Source: Wickerhamiella versatilis (Eukaryota). From it: DNA of 64,000 nucleotides. The notes under the pieces were generated by a model. That model had not been told where the DNA came from. It made no database searches and saw only the letters and a list, made by a program, of their open reading frames with translations. Below, one piece after another: positions 30,950 through 41,368 of this stretch. The DNA lies in assembly GCA_030867685.1 (NCBI GenBank), contig JAQOWU010000008.1, positions 2,046,001 to 2,110,000 on the forward strand, in the 5' to 3' direction. Numbering within the stretch: the first letter of the stretch is position 1; the number at the start of each line of letters is the position of its first letter. The translations under genes and the position numbers were made by a program.

Positions 30950-31252
30950 TCACTCTTCGTCCTCATCCCGGATTGCTTCATAGCCAAAATCGCCGTCACC
31001 AATAACGAAACCAACGACACTTCCATCAGAGATGCCAATTTTCTTAAGATTGTCCTTACTTGTGGTGATATCTTGCCAAGAATGATCCTCCTGCTCCACG
31101 GCTAGGCGTAGGTCACCAACCTCATCACTATCAGCCTCGCCGGTGGCTACCAACGCCTCTGCAATGCCTTCACGCAGCTGCGGAGCGGAAAGCGTCTCGG
31201 GCTCGTTCAGAACCACGCACAACTTTCCACTACGTGCGTGAACTGTGATCAT
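30950..31252 (-). CDS. Small acidic hypothetical protein, possible ubiquitin-like fold
   Basis: 100-aa ATG-initiated ORF filling the gap; beta-beta-alpha pattern and NLKKIGISDGSVVGF resemble a UBL C-terminus. Confidence 0.6.
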   Translation of the reverse strand: MITVHARSGKLCVVLNEPETLSAPQLREGIAEALVATGEADSDEVGDLRLAVEQEDHSWQDITTSKDNLKKIGISDGSVVGFVIGDGDFGYEAIRDEDEE

Positions 31253-31396
31253 ACGTAATAATGGACTCCTTTGGATTTAAAATGTCTCCACATCTTTTTG
31301 GCTTAACTCTGGATATGAATGACTATTGAACTTATATTTTTCCTCTCACGCTACAGAGTACCCACCTTAAGTCGTAATACTTTATTTTATAGTCGA

Positions 31397-31852
31397 TTAG
31401 TTCACCAAGGCCGAGGCAGTAGCCGACTCGTACTTCCAGGTAGGCGGCAACACACCTGCGGTGCGGTAGTAGCGAGACAAGCGGTGGATTCTTGACTCGA
31501 CCAAAATAAGACGGAACTTAGTGTCGCGGTCCTTGCGGTTACGCTCAAGGTGCTTGCGCATGGACACAGCCTTCTTAATGAGGTGGTAAAGGTCCTCAGG
31601 GAGCTCTGGAGCTAGACCGCTGGACTTGAGGATACGCAAGATCTTGTTACCAGTGGCAACCTTGACCTGGGGAACACCGTGGGAGTCACGGAGAACAGTA
31701 CCGATGGCAGCTGGGGTGAGACCCTTACGGGCGTACTTGATGATTTGCTCCTTGACCTCCTCAGGGGTGCTGTTGAACCAGCTGGGAGTTTTACGAGAGT
31801 AGGGAATGGCCGAGGCCGAAATCCCTTTTCCACTTGAATGCATACGACCCAT
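31397..31852 (-). CDS. RPS13: 40S ribosomal protein S13 (uS15)
   Basis: [18 protein letters not shown]...[18 protein letters not shown]. Confidence 0.98.
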   Translation of the reverse strand: MGRMHSSGKGISASAIPYSRKTPSWFNSTPEEVKEQIIKYARKGLTPAAIGTVLRDSHGVPQVKVATGNKILRILKSSGLAPELPEDLYHLIKKAVSMRKHLERNRKDRDTKFRLILVESRIHRLSRYYRTAGVLPPTWKYESATASALVN

Positions 31853-31939
31853 CTTGGACGACTGTGAGACTGGTGCTGGCTCGCTCGGTGGATATTGGTG
31901 TGAGTTGGGTAGCCAAACATCTGCTGACGCATACCCCAG

Positions 31940-31946
31940 GCCCTAA
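31940..31946 (-). promoter_or_regulatory. TTAGGGC (Tbf1-like) motif upstream of RPS13
   Basis: GCCCTAA on +, 88 bp upstream of the ATG. Confidence 0.55.
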
Positions 31947-32260
31947 TATTACTAACATATAATCAATAATTAATCCTCGGCAAATACTATAAATGAGCTC
32001 AGGGCGCTAGCTGCCCTCTATAACTTTAACTTGAGATGGGAAATTAACGCCATCGTTTATCATGCATCTGGTGACAAAAGAATAGAGAGAAGAGTTTGTG
32101 GTCGAGCTTCAGATCAATGCTATGTTGTCCTTCAGCCAGTACCAATGTGGATAAACACGGCAATGCAGGAAGAATAATTAATATTTAAATATCATTAAAA
32201 GCTTCATATGTCATTTTGGGATCACCTGAAGGGAATTCCACATGTTGCAGGACGCGACTC

Positions 32261-33028
32261 TTAGTCAGTTACATGAATGTGTATTCCGAGGTCTTTCGCA
32301 GATGATGTAAATATACGTCCAATAGCGAGGAGCGTGGATCGAAGGTATTTAGGCATGTAGATGGTATTCTTTCGAATAAGCCGAATTGTAAAGATCAACA
32401 CTAGCAAAAACGCCAAATCTGTCACAACTCTTTGAACGAGTCCATATAATTTACCGAGGACGAGTCTGAGAAAGAGCAGCCAAGCCTTAGCTGATGCAGG
32501 CTGTGATTTGCCAACTCGTTGATCCTCACGGCTGCGAAGCTCTTCTGTTATTGACTCGAGCTGCCATGAGACATCATGCCTCCAGTTACTGACAGAGTCT
32601 GCAGGGTCTATATCACTATGCCGTTCGCTGAGTCCGAATTCTGAATATGTTTGTGGCTTCTGAGGCTGCGTTGTCTGGGAATAGGCTATACTCAACTCGC
32701 GCAAAGCAGGCTGTTGCGTGATGGCATCCGGATTAAGTTCTTGCATTGTGTCTAATAGTAGTCCAACATAACGTCTTTTCGCTTCATATTTTGAGACACC
32801 CTCCTGTGACTTCCATGCATCCCATTTCTTGCGGGACGCTACTACCTGAGGCGAGTTACCTTGTGGTCGGGGCAGAAGACCTTCAATGTCTCCCTCAGTT
32901 GCTTGCTTATACAAACCATATAACTCAATTCTTCGGCCTTCAGATGGCCTTCCCAGCATGGAAGGACCGCGAGATAAAGCTTTGATCGTGTAAATTGCCT
33001 TCACAAACGCATGATCCACAGCAGACAT
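32261..33028 (-). CDS. Membrane-anchored acyl-CoA-binding protein (Atg37/ACBD5-like)
   Basis: VDHAFVKAI, LYGLYKQATEGD, KWDAWK ACB domain; C-terminal hydrophobic segment. Confidence 0.85.
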   Translation of the reverse strand: MSAVDHAFVKAIYTIKALSRGPSMLGRPSEGRRIELYGLYKQATEGDIEGLLPRPQGNSPQVVASRKKWDAWKSQEGVSKYEAKRRYVGLLLDTMQELNPDAITQQPALRELSIAYSQTTQPQKPQTYSEFGLSERHSDIDPADSVSNWRHDVSWQLESITEELRSREDQRVGKSQPASAKAWLLFLRLVLGKLYGLVQRVVTDLAFLLVLIFTIRLIRKNTIYMPKYLRSTLLAIGRIFTSSAKDLGIHIHVTD

Positions 33029-33364
33029 GTGCTTACTACTCCAACTCCATAGTCACAACAAAAGACTCTATTTGACCAAATCTTCGGCTATTATTATCTC
33101 TACCTCCGATGTTGTGACTGAACTCCATTTTCATCTATTCTTTTCTACCTAGGAATATAATCTAACCATGGATAGCCATGACCTAAACTCTAAAATAGTG
33201 TGGATGTGGATCATAACAAATGTTTTAAGATCCTTCTATATTGGGTGAGGAGGTAAATCAATACAACAATAAAATTAGGAGTAAATTGTATAATTCTATA
33301 AAAGAAGGTAGAATAAGAAAAAACATACATGCTACAGGCTTGGGGTCGGTAATTTGCCCGCAAA

Positions 33365-34783
33365 TCACCAATGGACCACTAATTTATTATTTTTTCCTTC
33401 AGCGTAATGGTCTGCCCCATCAGGTGCCGCCACATAATAAGTAGTATTCTGCGCGGTTAAGTCATTTCCATTATATGTTACCATGGAATGGACCCATTCG
33501 TCTATAGTTGTCTCACCAGATGCAGTGTAGGAGAGCTGTAAATCACAATCGGAGCCAGGACCCATTAGGACTTGGAGAGGATAATAATACCCCTGCGAGC
33601 GCTGGAGGTTACCTATATTGGCGGTCGATTGCCCAGAAGTGTATTGACGGATCGATTTCTGTCCGGAATTATTAGTTCTGGTGCTCGTGAATCGTCCAGA
33701 CTGGATCCAGGACACGTACTTCTGCTCTCCACCGATAGTGAGGGATGCTGAGTTATTCACACTGCGCTCAATGTCTGAAGCAGAATCTCCATTCGAATAG
33801 TGGTGAGGTGTGTTTGTAGAGCCCTCGTTATTTTGACCTTGCGTGGACCAGGTAAACAAATTCATATTCAAGATCCAGCTGTTTGGAACTTTGGAGTCAT
33901 CGATGCCGTTGGTCATCTTTAGTGATATATTCGCTCCATTCCACAGGTCAGGAAGGAATGATGTGACATCTACATAGTAACCTGGTATGTCATAGGCACG
34001 AACACTCACAATGGGCTTCCACAACATTGGGTTGACACCTCCTGTGAAAAAAACCGGGAATGGGCTGGCATATCCTGCAAGATTATCATTGACATAGACA
34101 TCGACAAACCGCGATGGGGTATCTTTGTCCCACCAGAATTCGTCGTCACCATTCCCTGATGCGAAAACATGCAGCAAGGCACGATTTACCGACCTGTCCA
34201 GACTATCGACCTTGGATGTGATGGTATCATCTGGAGCAGACCAATACATGGAGTCCTGTGACTTGCTTAAAGCCTGAATGTTGGACGGTGGCTCATTGAG
34301 ATCAATGGCCCAGCCATCATCGGTATTCATGGACGAAGTAGAATTAAAGAAGTATGCGGTGGCCGTGAGGTAGAATTTACCAGTGAACTTATCGTCGACC
34401 CGGTTCTGAACCAAGACCTTGAACTTATGGTTCTCCCCGAACGCAGTCTGATAATAAGATAAATCCTTTGTGACGGTCCACTTAACTATGCTGGTATCAG
34501 GCTCCGATGTGGACGTCCGCCATATTTCCATGTCATCAAGATATACTATGGCGAGGCGATCGTAGTTCATACCAGTGGTGTTAAAGTCAAGCTTTAAGAG
34601 AACGCGGTTGAATGTTCCCGATGGCGGGCTATAATCATTGGAGGCCGGTGCATCCCACGACTCGGCGAATTCATGGTCCTCCATTAAAACTTGTGTGGCC
34701 ACAGGATCACCATAGTTCGGTGGGCTGGGTGAAAGGCCTACGCTAGCCAGCACATATGAAATGAGACCCAGTAAAAGGAACAT
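33365..34783 (-). CDS. Secreted peptide-N4-(N-acetyl-beta-glucosaminyl)asparagine amidase A (PNGase A family)
   Basis: Signal peptide from ATG 34783; NYDRLA..YL...EIWRTSTSEP, WTVTKDLS.Y, ASGNGDDEFWW, PFPVFFTGGVNPMLWKPIV. Confidence 0.87.
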   Translation of the reverse strand: MFLLLGLISYVLASVGLSPSPPNYGDPVATQVLMEDHEFAESWDAPASNDYSPPSGTFNRVLLKLDFNTTGMNYDRLAIVYLDDMEIWRTSTSEPDTSIVKWTVTKDLSYYQTAFGENHKFKVLVQNRVDDKFTGKFYLTATAYFFNSTSSMNTDDGWAIDLNEPPSNIQALSKSQDSMYWSAPDDTITSKVDSLDRSVNRALLHVFASGNGDDEFWWDKDTPSRFVDVYVNDNLAGYASPFPVFFTGGVNPMLWKPIVSVRAYDIPGYYVDVTSFLPDLWNGANISLKMTNGIDDSKVPNSWILNMNLFTWSTQGQNNEGSTNTPHHYSNGDSASDIERSVNNSASLTIGGEQKYVSWIQSGRFTSTRTNNSGQKSIRQYTSGQSTANIGNLQRSQGYYYPLQVLMGPGSDCDLQLSYTASGETTIDEWVHSMVTYNGNDLTAQNTTYYVAAPDGADHYAEGKNNKLVVHW

Positions 34784-35316
34784 TAGGGGAGAACTAGTAA
34801 GTTGATGGGAAAGTACTGGTGGTATTAAATTAGCTTCTATCAAGGGCTAGGGCCGGCGCGTGTTGCAGATGCACCAGATTCAGGGATAATTAAAGAATAC
34901 TCCTTTTATCCGGGATCTCATTAGATCTCGATATATACTGAACAAAACAAATTTGCTACTCCCATATGTGCTCAAGATGATTTTTTTTTCTCGTTAAGCA
35001 GGGAATTCTCCTTCTATCATTAACTCTGTTGGTTCTGGCGCTAGGGGGGTCCCGCCTTACAAATATTTACACGGTTACGCGGTAAGTATTAGGGTTTTAT
35101 ATCATGTGATCCTGAAGGAGAAATAAAAAAAAAGTTAATTTAAGAAACTAGTTTTGGCCTGCTATGGCTAAAGAAGTAAATTGATATCAGCCTATGGATA
35201 GGCTGGTTTATCCTTAGAAACGTCTGTAACAAATTCACGAGGAATTTTGGGCAAACTTTTCTCCTTTGCATGTGACAACGACGCGTTAAGACTAAACTTG
35301 AAACGTCAACACTAAG

Positions 35317-36045
35317 CTATCGTCTTCGACTTTTATTTTGAATACGCGCAATTTCTGCAGGGCTGATATGCACTCCATGGGGAGATGCCCGGCCAATTGA
35401 ATTGATCTTGAGTCCCCGGTCTCGCTTGGGGGCTTTCTTTTGATGCTTTTCCTTGGCTAGAATTATTCCTGCCTCCATAGCTTGGTGCTTGTGTTTCTGC
35501 TCGCGCTCTCGTGCCTTATCTCTGATCCCTTTAGCAATCAAAGGGGGGGCCGTCTGTTTCTTTTTCTTAGCACCGGCATTGGTTAGTCTTGCCTCCATTA
35601 TCTTGAGTCTACCACCGCCAACATGATTGAGCGGGTCTATACCACTGATTTCTGCCCCACTGAAGCCCTTTTGCTGCGATAAAATGTTAGACTCGTTTAT
35701 AAGCCTCTGCAATGCATAGTCGTTCTTTATGTTCTCGTCGTCATTTTTGGTCTTCGCGGCTTTCTGCTGGTTGGTGCCCTCTGTAGGAACCTTGGGGGCC
35801 TTTGACGTCATAAATCTTCTTCTCTCAGCTTTTGAGTCTAATGAAGTAGTTGGCTCACTGTGTTTGACCGTTATGGGTCCTTCATTACCGTTTGGATTTT
35901 CGCCTTCATCCTCGCTCTCAGAAAAGCTACTGAATTCCTCTTCCTGCTCTTGAGGAACTTCCTCTGTCTCCTCCTTTGGAGGAACAACCGGTTCTGCCCA
36001 TTCTGTGCCAAATTGGGCTTCGAATGCCGCCTTTAACGGATCCAT
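35317..36045 (-). CDS. FAF1: 40S assembly factor Faf1
   Basis: AFEAQFG, ENIKNDYALQRLINESNIL, AMEAGIIL, RDRGLKINSIGR; beside HIS6 and RPB3. Confidence 0.85.
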   Translation of the reverse strand: MDPLKAAFEAQFGTEWAEPVVPPKEETEEVPQEQEEEFSSFSESEDEGENPNGNEGPITVKHSEPTTSLDSKAERRRFMTSKAPKVPTEGTNQQKAAKTKNDDENIKNDYALQRLINESNILSQQKGFSGAEISGIDPLNHVGGGRLKIMEARLTNAGAKKKKQTAPPLIAKGIRDKAREREQKHKHQAMEAGIILAKEKHQKKAPKRDRGLKINSIGRASPHGVHISPAEIARIQNKSRRR

Positions 36046-36061
36046 AAAAATTATCTAATCA

Positions 36062-36838
36062 ATGTCCAGGTTCTGCGGATGCATTGACATTCACAACGGC
36101 CAAGTGAAACAAATTGTTGGCGGAACGCTTGGTGGTTCAGAGCTTAAGACAAATTATGTCGCTAGACAGTCGGCAGATTTTTTCGCGGAGCTATATCGTG
36201 AAAACAATGTGGTACGGTCACACGTCATAAAGCTTGGCCCGGGCTGCGACGAGGCTGCTGCTCTTGCACTGAGGGGCTGGTACAATGGACTGCAAATAGG
36301 TGGAGGTATAAATGCGGACAATGCTGCTATGTGGATCGAACGCGGAGCATCAAAGGTAATTGTGACTTCCTATCTCTTTCCGGGCGGTGATTTGGACTGG
36401 AGTCGTTTAATGAAGCTAGAGCAGGCTGTGGGGAAAGATAGACTTGTTATCGACCTAAGCTGCCGTCAAATTTGCCCCCAAAAATGGCGAGTAGCCATGG
36501 ACAGATGGCAGCGCATCACTAATTTTGAACTCTCTGAGGATGCTATTGGACAGCTTTCCAGTCATTGCAGTGAATTTTTAGTCCATGCTGCCGATGTGGA
36601 AGGATTGTGCCAGGGTATTGATGAGGATCTTGTACGATGCCTCGCCAAGTGGTCACCTATTCCTGTAGTGTATGCGGGAGGTGGGAAGTCGCTGGACGAT
36701 CTTCGTTTAATAAATGAAATCTCTAATGGCCGGGTGGATTTGACCTTTGGTAGTGCTTTGGATATATTCGGTGGGACTGGCGTTCGCTTTGAAGATGCAG
36801 TAAAATGGAACCAAAAAGTCAATAATGCTGCTGCATGA
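36062..36838 (+). CDS. HIS6: ProFAR isomerase (eukaryotic HisA)
   Basis: FCGCIDIHNGQVKQIVGGTL, EFLVHAADVEGLCQGID, DLTFGSALDIFGG. Confidence 0.97.
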   Translation: MSRFCGCIDIHNGQVKQIVGGTLGGSELKTNYVARQSADFFAELYRENNVVRSHVIKLGPGCDEAAALALRGWYNGLQIGGGINADNAAMWIERGASKVIVTSYLFPGGDLDWSRLMKLEQAVGKDRLVIDLSCRQICPQKWRVAMDRWQRITNFELSEDAIGQLSSHCSEFLVHAADVEGLCQGIDEDLVRCLAKWSPIPVVYAGGGKSLDDLRLINEISNGRVDLTFGSALDIFGGTGVRFEDAVKWNQKVNNAAA

Positions 36839-37191
36839 GTCGCTTCACCATGTTTTCATCCCAAAATAACGAAAGAAAAGAGAAACACATTTTAATTGTT
36901 TAGAAATACGTATAATATGTGATTTTTTCTGGTTTGTAGCTTACTGACATTTTCATCATGTTAAAGCTAAATAGCATTGTTCCTTTGGGAACTAAATTGA
37001 CAGTACAGTACATGTAGATATTAATTTTCCAAAAAAAAATTGTTTTAAGCCATTGTATGCCTGCAGAAACATACATTAGAAGACCACTCGATTGTCTTAC
37101 TGAGGTTACTGGTGGGTCTGAGACATATAATACAAAGCAACAAGTTCTTTTGATGTCGTCTCCATAAAGGAATCACTTGTAGCTAAAGTGA

Positions 37192-38010
37192 TTACCACTG
37201 TTGCTGCCACTCATCATCACCCTTATCCAAGGCAAGAATTACTTCTGCCAACTTTTTCTGAAGAGTTTCAAAGCCTCTTTCAACAACCTGATCTGGCCGT
37301 AATTGCCCAGTAGTTTCAACATCTAAGTAAAATTTCTCTGGTTTTGCATTATAATCAAGTGGCTGATTTTCTATTGGTGGCTCTTCATAATCGGCATTTG
37401 CTGAACGCGGCCATTCATTTTCAGGGTCATCTTCATACCAAAAGTCAGTGTGTTTCAGCTTATTCCACGGGTCATACTCAAAACCAATGGCAGCACAAGG
37501 ACTCCACTTTGCGTGTTCTTTAGCAATACCCTTCTTAGCTATGCATCGTAGACGGAGCTCTTGATTTTTACGAAGCTTGGATATGAGGACCCCGTTACCA
37601 TTCGACAAAATTGGCCTGCCAATGCTATCATCACGTCTAGATGGCATTTCGACTACGAGGTCCGAAGAATAGACGCTCATTGTGTCGTCAGTGGTACATC
37701 TTGCGTTCAGCGCCAGCACAACGGAGCATTTGTCACAGTACTGCTCGCAGTCACAGTCCCGGGTGTATTCTAATTCCTCTACAAGGGAGGAATCCAATGG
37801 GATTAGTCCCAGGCGATGAGACAGAAACTCATCTGCCATAACACTGGTATTGACTTCGATCTCGACAAGATCTATAGCCACTGTGGGTATTTCTGAAAGC
37901 ATAACACGTCTAAGAGAATTTGCCACCGACAAATCTACTCCTTCTAGAACGAAATCCACCTCATCCTTTGCCGCCTTTCGCACAGTTACTCCAACAGCAC
38001 TGTCCGACAT
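37192..38010 (-). CDS. RPB3: RNA polymerase II subunit Rpb3
   Basis: [55 protein letters not shown]. Confidence 0.97.
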   Translation of the reverse strand: MSDSAVGVTVRKAAKDEVDFVLEGVDLSVANSLRRVMLSEIPTVAIDLVEIEVNTSVMADEFLSHRLGLIPLDSSLVEELEYTRDCDCEQYCDKCSVVLALNARCTTDDTMSVYSSDLVVEMPSRRDDSIGRPILSNGNGVLISKLRKNQELRLRCIAKKGIAKEHAKWSPCAAIGFEYDPWNKLKHTDFWYEDDPENEWPRSANADYEEPPIENQPLDYNAKPEKFYLDVETTGQLRPDQVVERGFETLQKKLAEVILALDKGDDEWQQQW

Positions 38011-38034
38011 TGTAGGTTACTAAGCAGGTGTTTG

Positions 38035-38370
38035 ATGGCGTCCAGGACACCTATAGCTCCTGTGGCTCCTATAGCTCCTTCAGCAGTGCTTTTGCGCCTC
38101 GACTTAAGGCAAGAAACGAGCTTCTCGAAAAGCATTGCTGGCAGTGAGGGTAACATATGGAAACTTTCCTTGTTGATAGTTAAGAACCAAATTGTCGTTC
38201 CTTTATTACAAGGATTTTTGTGGGCTCTTGCAAAGGACTGGCTCGCACTTGCTTGTGGGGCTGCAAAGTTGAATGGTGCTCAGACGGGCAAAATGCTGAG
38301 GCTCTGGCTCAATAAGTGGCTAGGAGCATCCCGCCTAACCGGCTCGCCTGCATCACTGACTGCAAAGTAA
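38035..38370 (+). CDS. Small fungal protein, DUF1770-like
   Basis: QIVVPLLQGFLW...W...A...G.Q.G..LRLW pattern resembles the fungal DUF1770 C-terminus; ATG at 38035. Confidence 0.55.
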   Translation: MASRTPIAPVAPIAPSAVLLRLDLRQETSFSKSIAGSEGNIWKLSLLIVKNQIVVPLLQGFLWALAKDWLALACGAAKLNGAQTGKMLRLWLNKWLGASRLTGSPASLTAK

Positions 38371-38739
38371 GAATTCCGCCCTTGCCGTTGAAAATTCCGA
38401 CCAGCCGATGCTGTTACGATATGTTTAATTTATTACGATGTCAAACCAGAAGGTTTAAGATATCCGCTCCGCACTTATGTGGTTGGCGCTCAATTTCAGT
38501 ATCATCTTTTAAGTTAATTCAAACTACGATAAGTGCCTAAAATCCTCAAATTTGGAACCAGTACCAGTCTCAGGTAGTTTAAATGTGGTCATAGTTGACT
38601 TGGAATCATATATATGCTACACACCCTGTACAAAATGGCCAGTGGCCCCGTGAAGAATGTTAATACATTTGACGAACTCGATTGGAGTTATTTTCCCATT
38701 TTACTTTAGAATCTTTTTCTAAAAGGCTTAGTGGTACTC

Positions 38740-39399
38740 TTATCCACTTCCCTGGTCACCATGGCCACGGCCACGACGACCGTAACCACCACGGTCACCG
38801 CGGCCACCACGTCCACCACGACCTCTACCGCGACCACGGCCTCTTCCACGACCGCGACCTCTTCCACTATAATTTCCAGATGTTGCCTCGCCAAACGTTT
38901 CCATGTTTAGTTGACGTTCCTGATTGCGATTTTGCTGATTTTCATCAACAGAACTCAAATTATCGAAGAAACTTGATTTCTTATTATAAGCAAGTTCAGC
39001 CTGAGGAAGATCTGAGGAGCTTTCATCAAATCTGGCGTTTCCTGATGTGAAGTCAAATTCATCTTGTGCAGATGGCTTGGGCGCCGGCTTTCCTCCGGCA
39101 AGAGGTGGCTCAGGAGGAGTCTGCTCCTCTCTTGGAGCCTGCGAGCTCTCTTCTGCTGCAGAGGAATGGTCTAATACCTGCAAATCCTTCACGTCGGAAC
39201 CTCTAAATTCTACCTTCGTGAAAACTTGTGGCGAAGGTGGGATTTCAGCGATACCACCTCGCCGACCTTCGGTACCATAGCTGGATACATTTGCCAGTGA
39301 TACCGTGGAAGTTTCGGAAGAAATGCCGTCAAGTTTACCAATATATCTCACATCGCTGGTGGTAACCAGCGATATTACCTTGCCAAGGTACTCAGCCAT
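38740..39399 (-). CDS. SCD6: Lsm14-family translational repressor
   Basis: Lsm domain (SSYGTEGRRG, FRGSDVKDL), FDF, FFD and TFG motifs, RGG tail. Confidence 0.95.
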   Translation of the reverse strand: MAEYLGKVISLVTTSDVRYIGKLDGISSETSTVSLANVSSYGTEGRRGGIAEIPPSPQVFTKVEFRGSDVKDLQVLDHSSAAEESSQAPREEQTPPEPPLAGGKPAPKPSAQDEFDFTSGNARFDESSSDLPQAELAYNKKSSFFDNLSSVDENQQNRNQERQLNMETFGEATSGNYSGRGRGRGRGRGRGRGRGGRGGRGDRGGYGRRGRGHGDQGSG

Positions 39400-39410
39400 T
39401 TCGTCGACTG

Positions 39411-39962
39411 ATGACGTCAGTCACTCCGTTTCGAGCGACAGACCTTTTGACTTTGAATGCAGTTAACCTAGATGTTCTCACAGAAAATTACCAGCTGGAG
39501 TATTATTTGGAATATCTTATTCGTTGGCCTTCGCTGATGTTCAAAGTTGAGGGGCCTCACAGGTGTGTCGGCTACATGATGGGAAAATCTGAGGGTAAAG
39601 GTCGAGAGTGGCATTCCCACATCAGCGCTGTCACTGTTGATATGAAGTTTCGACGACTAGGACTAGCTGGGCTTATGGTGGAACAGCTACGGCAGCTCTC
39701 AGAGACGGCAGAACAAAATTGCTTTTTCATGGATTTGTTTGTTCGCACGTCAAATCATGTTGCGGTGGAAATGTACAAGCGTCTAGGCTTTGAGCCGTTT
39801 AGACGAGTTTTGCAATACTATGGCTCGGGTAAGAATGAAGATGCATTTGATATGAGGATGCCCCTTGCGCGTGATCCAAAACGGCAGACTCTCGTCAGGG
39901 GCTCCCACACCGAGGAAAGCCCCCATTATCAGTATCGTTACGATAAAAAATCTCTCAAATGA
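39411..39962 (+). CDS. NAT3: NatB N-terminal acetyltransferase catalytic subunit
   Basis: NLDVLTENY..EYYLEYL..WP, GYMMGKSEG, WHSHISAVTV, DLFVR, EDAFDMR. Confidence 0.95.
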   Translation: MTSVTPFRATDLLTLNAVNLDVLTENYQLEYYLEYLIRWPSLMFKVEGPHRCVGYMMGKSEGKGREWHSHISAVTVDMKFRRLGLAGLMVEQLRQLSETAEQNCFFMDLFVRTSNHVAVEMYKRLGFEPFRRVLQYYGSGKNEDAFDMRMPLARDPKRQTLVRGSHTEESPHYQYRYDKKSLK

Positions 39963-40348
39963 TCAATCATTTTGATAGTATATATATACAGATTCGTGCA
40001 GTATAGTATCGAACATCTGCCGACACATCTACTTTCTAACTAGACAGCCAGATTCAACCTATTGCATATAACGTATACGTAGGCACAGCAATATACGAAA
40101 AGCCCGTGACATGCCGCAAATACCTACTAAAATTTGCGACAGTCCTTACATGAGCTTCCTATTGCTAGCTTAAGGTGTAGGACCAATATGGACCAGAAAG
40201 TTCATCATGATCCCCTCCGGTGAGTAGTGGGCCTTAATTTTATCTAGTTTGCTTAAAATCTGCACTGTCCACGGGAAAAGAAGAGCGCAAGAGTGTTGCA
40301 AACGGGGCAAATTTCGATCAAACAAATAATAGTTTTTTTTATACATTA

Positions 40349-40846
40349 TTACTCTGCAGGAATTGAAACAGAACCAGCGTTAATGCTGTCAATGATAACG
40401 TGAGCCGGCTTGCCATCAACACGGGCACCAACAGACTGAGCGGTGCCAAGAACTTCCTTGACGGTGCCAGTAAGCTCCTTTGCGAAAGACTTCTCACGCA
40501 TCTCGCGAGCGATCTTGACGATCTCGTCAAGGGGAATGTTACCGTTGTGCTTGATGTTCTTCTCCTTCTTCTTGTCACGCGGTGGCTCCTTAAGGGCAGC
40601 AATGACAAGAGTGGAGGCAGCAGGAACGACACTGACCTGCGCTTGACGGTTCTGGACAGTCAACTGGACAGTGACAGAAATGCCCTTGAACTGCTTGGTG
40701 GCCTTGGCGATATCTTCACCAATCTTCTTGGGAGACAGACCGAGAGGACCCAGCTTTGGGGCCAGGGCTGAGGAGTTACCAACCTCACCACCGGTGGTAC
40801 GCAGATAAATGATCTTTACTTCGTTAGGGTCGATCTTAGGCGCCAT
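40349..40846 (-). CDS. RPL12: 60S ribosomal protein L12 (uL11)
   Basis: [52 protein letters not shown]. Confidence 0.98.
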   Translation of the reverse strand: MAPKIDPNEVKIIYLRTTGGEVGNSSALAPKLGPLGLSPKKIGEDIAKATKQFKGISVTVQLTVQNRQAQVSVVPAASTLVIAALKEPPRDKKKEKNIKHNGNIPLDEIVKIAREMREKSFAKELTGTVKEVLGTAQSVGARVDGKPAHVIIDSINAGSVSIPAE

Positions 40847-40946
40847 GGTGAGCTTGTTGTAGAAGACAGACCTCTTAGCTAACCAGTGAGATGGTCGACT
40901 AGAATTGAGTGGGTGGAATTCGATGAATCAGCACAAATTAACCTGC

Positions 40947-40953
40947 GCCCTAA
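40947..40953 (-). promoter_or_regulatory. TTAGGGC (Tbf1-like) motif upstream of RPL12
   Basis: GCCCTAA on +, 101 bp upstream of the ATG; a second TTAGGG on + at 40993-40998. Confidence 0.55.
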
Positions 40954-41368
40954 TATGACAAATACACATTTGGATCGTCCGTTGTATCGGGGTTAGGGAC
41001 AAACTCTTTAGTGCGAGGGGTATATACCCGATTTAGTTTCTTACAGTAGACCACAACTTGTAGGACCATTTGGAGTGAGAGGATCATGATGATAGAGACT
41101 ATGGCATGAGAGACTGTCGAGGATATGATATGAGAATAGCAGATTAGATATCTTTACTTGAAGCATGCTAGTAGAGATCAAAAGAGAAAGACTGTGGTTG
41201 CTAATGATACACTTTTTTCTTATGAAGATCGTACTTGATTTATTTTGTCCACTGAGCGATCAGCCGCTGAAATAAGAACGGAAATATATGCTTAATGATG
41301 CCTCGCGGGTTAGGTAACATACATCTACCCCTCATATCCCCACTACCCGGATAGTCTTCACCTGATTG

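Noticed and set aside
31862-31934. Possible RPS13 5' UTR intron on the minus strand (GTATGC...CACAG)
   Set aside because: No convincing CTAAC branch site, and the donor lies only 5 nt from the TTAGGGC promoter motif, probably upstream of the TSS
38682-39050. His-rich ORF (HHGHGHDDRNHHGH...) on the + strand
   Set aside because: Antisense reading of the SCD6 RGG-repeat tail; non-ATG start; not an independent metal-binding protein
41081-41261. Possible C/D box snoRNA (ATGATGA at 41086, CTGA at 41252, flanking GATC)
   Set aside because: About 170 nt, no recognisable rRNA guide sequence, weak terminal stem; it lies in the RPL12/ANT1 promoter region
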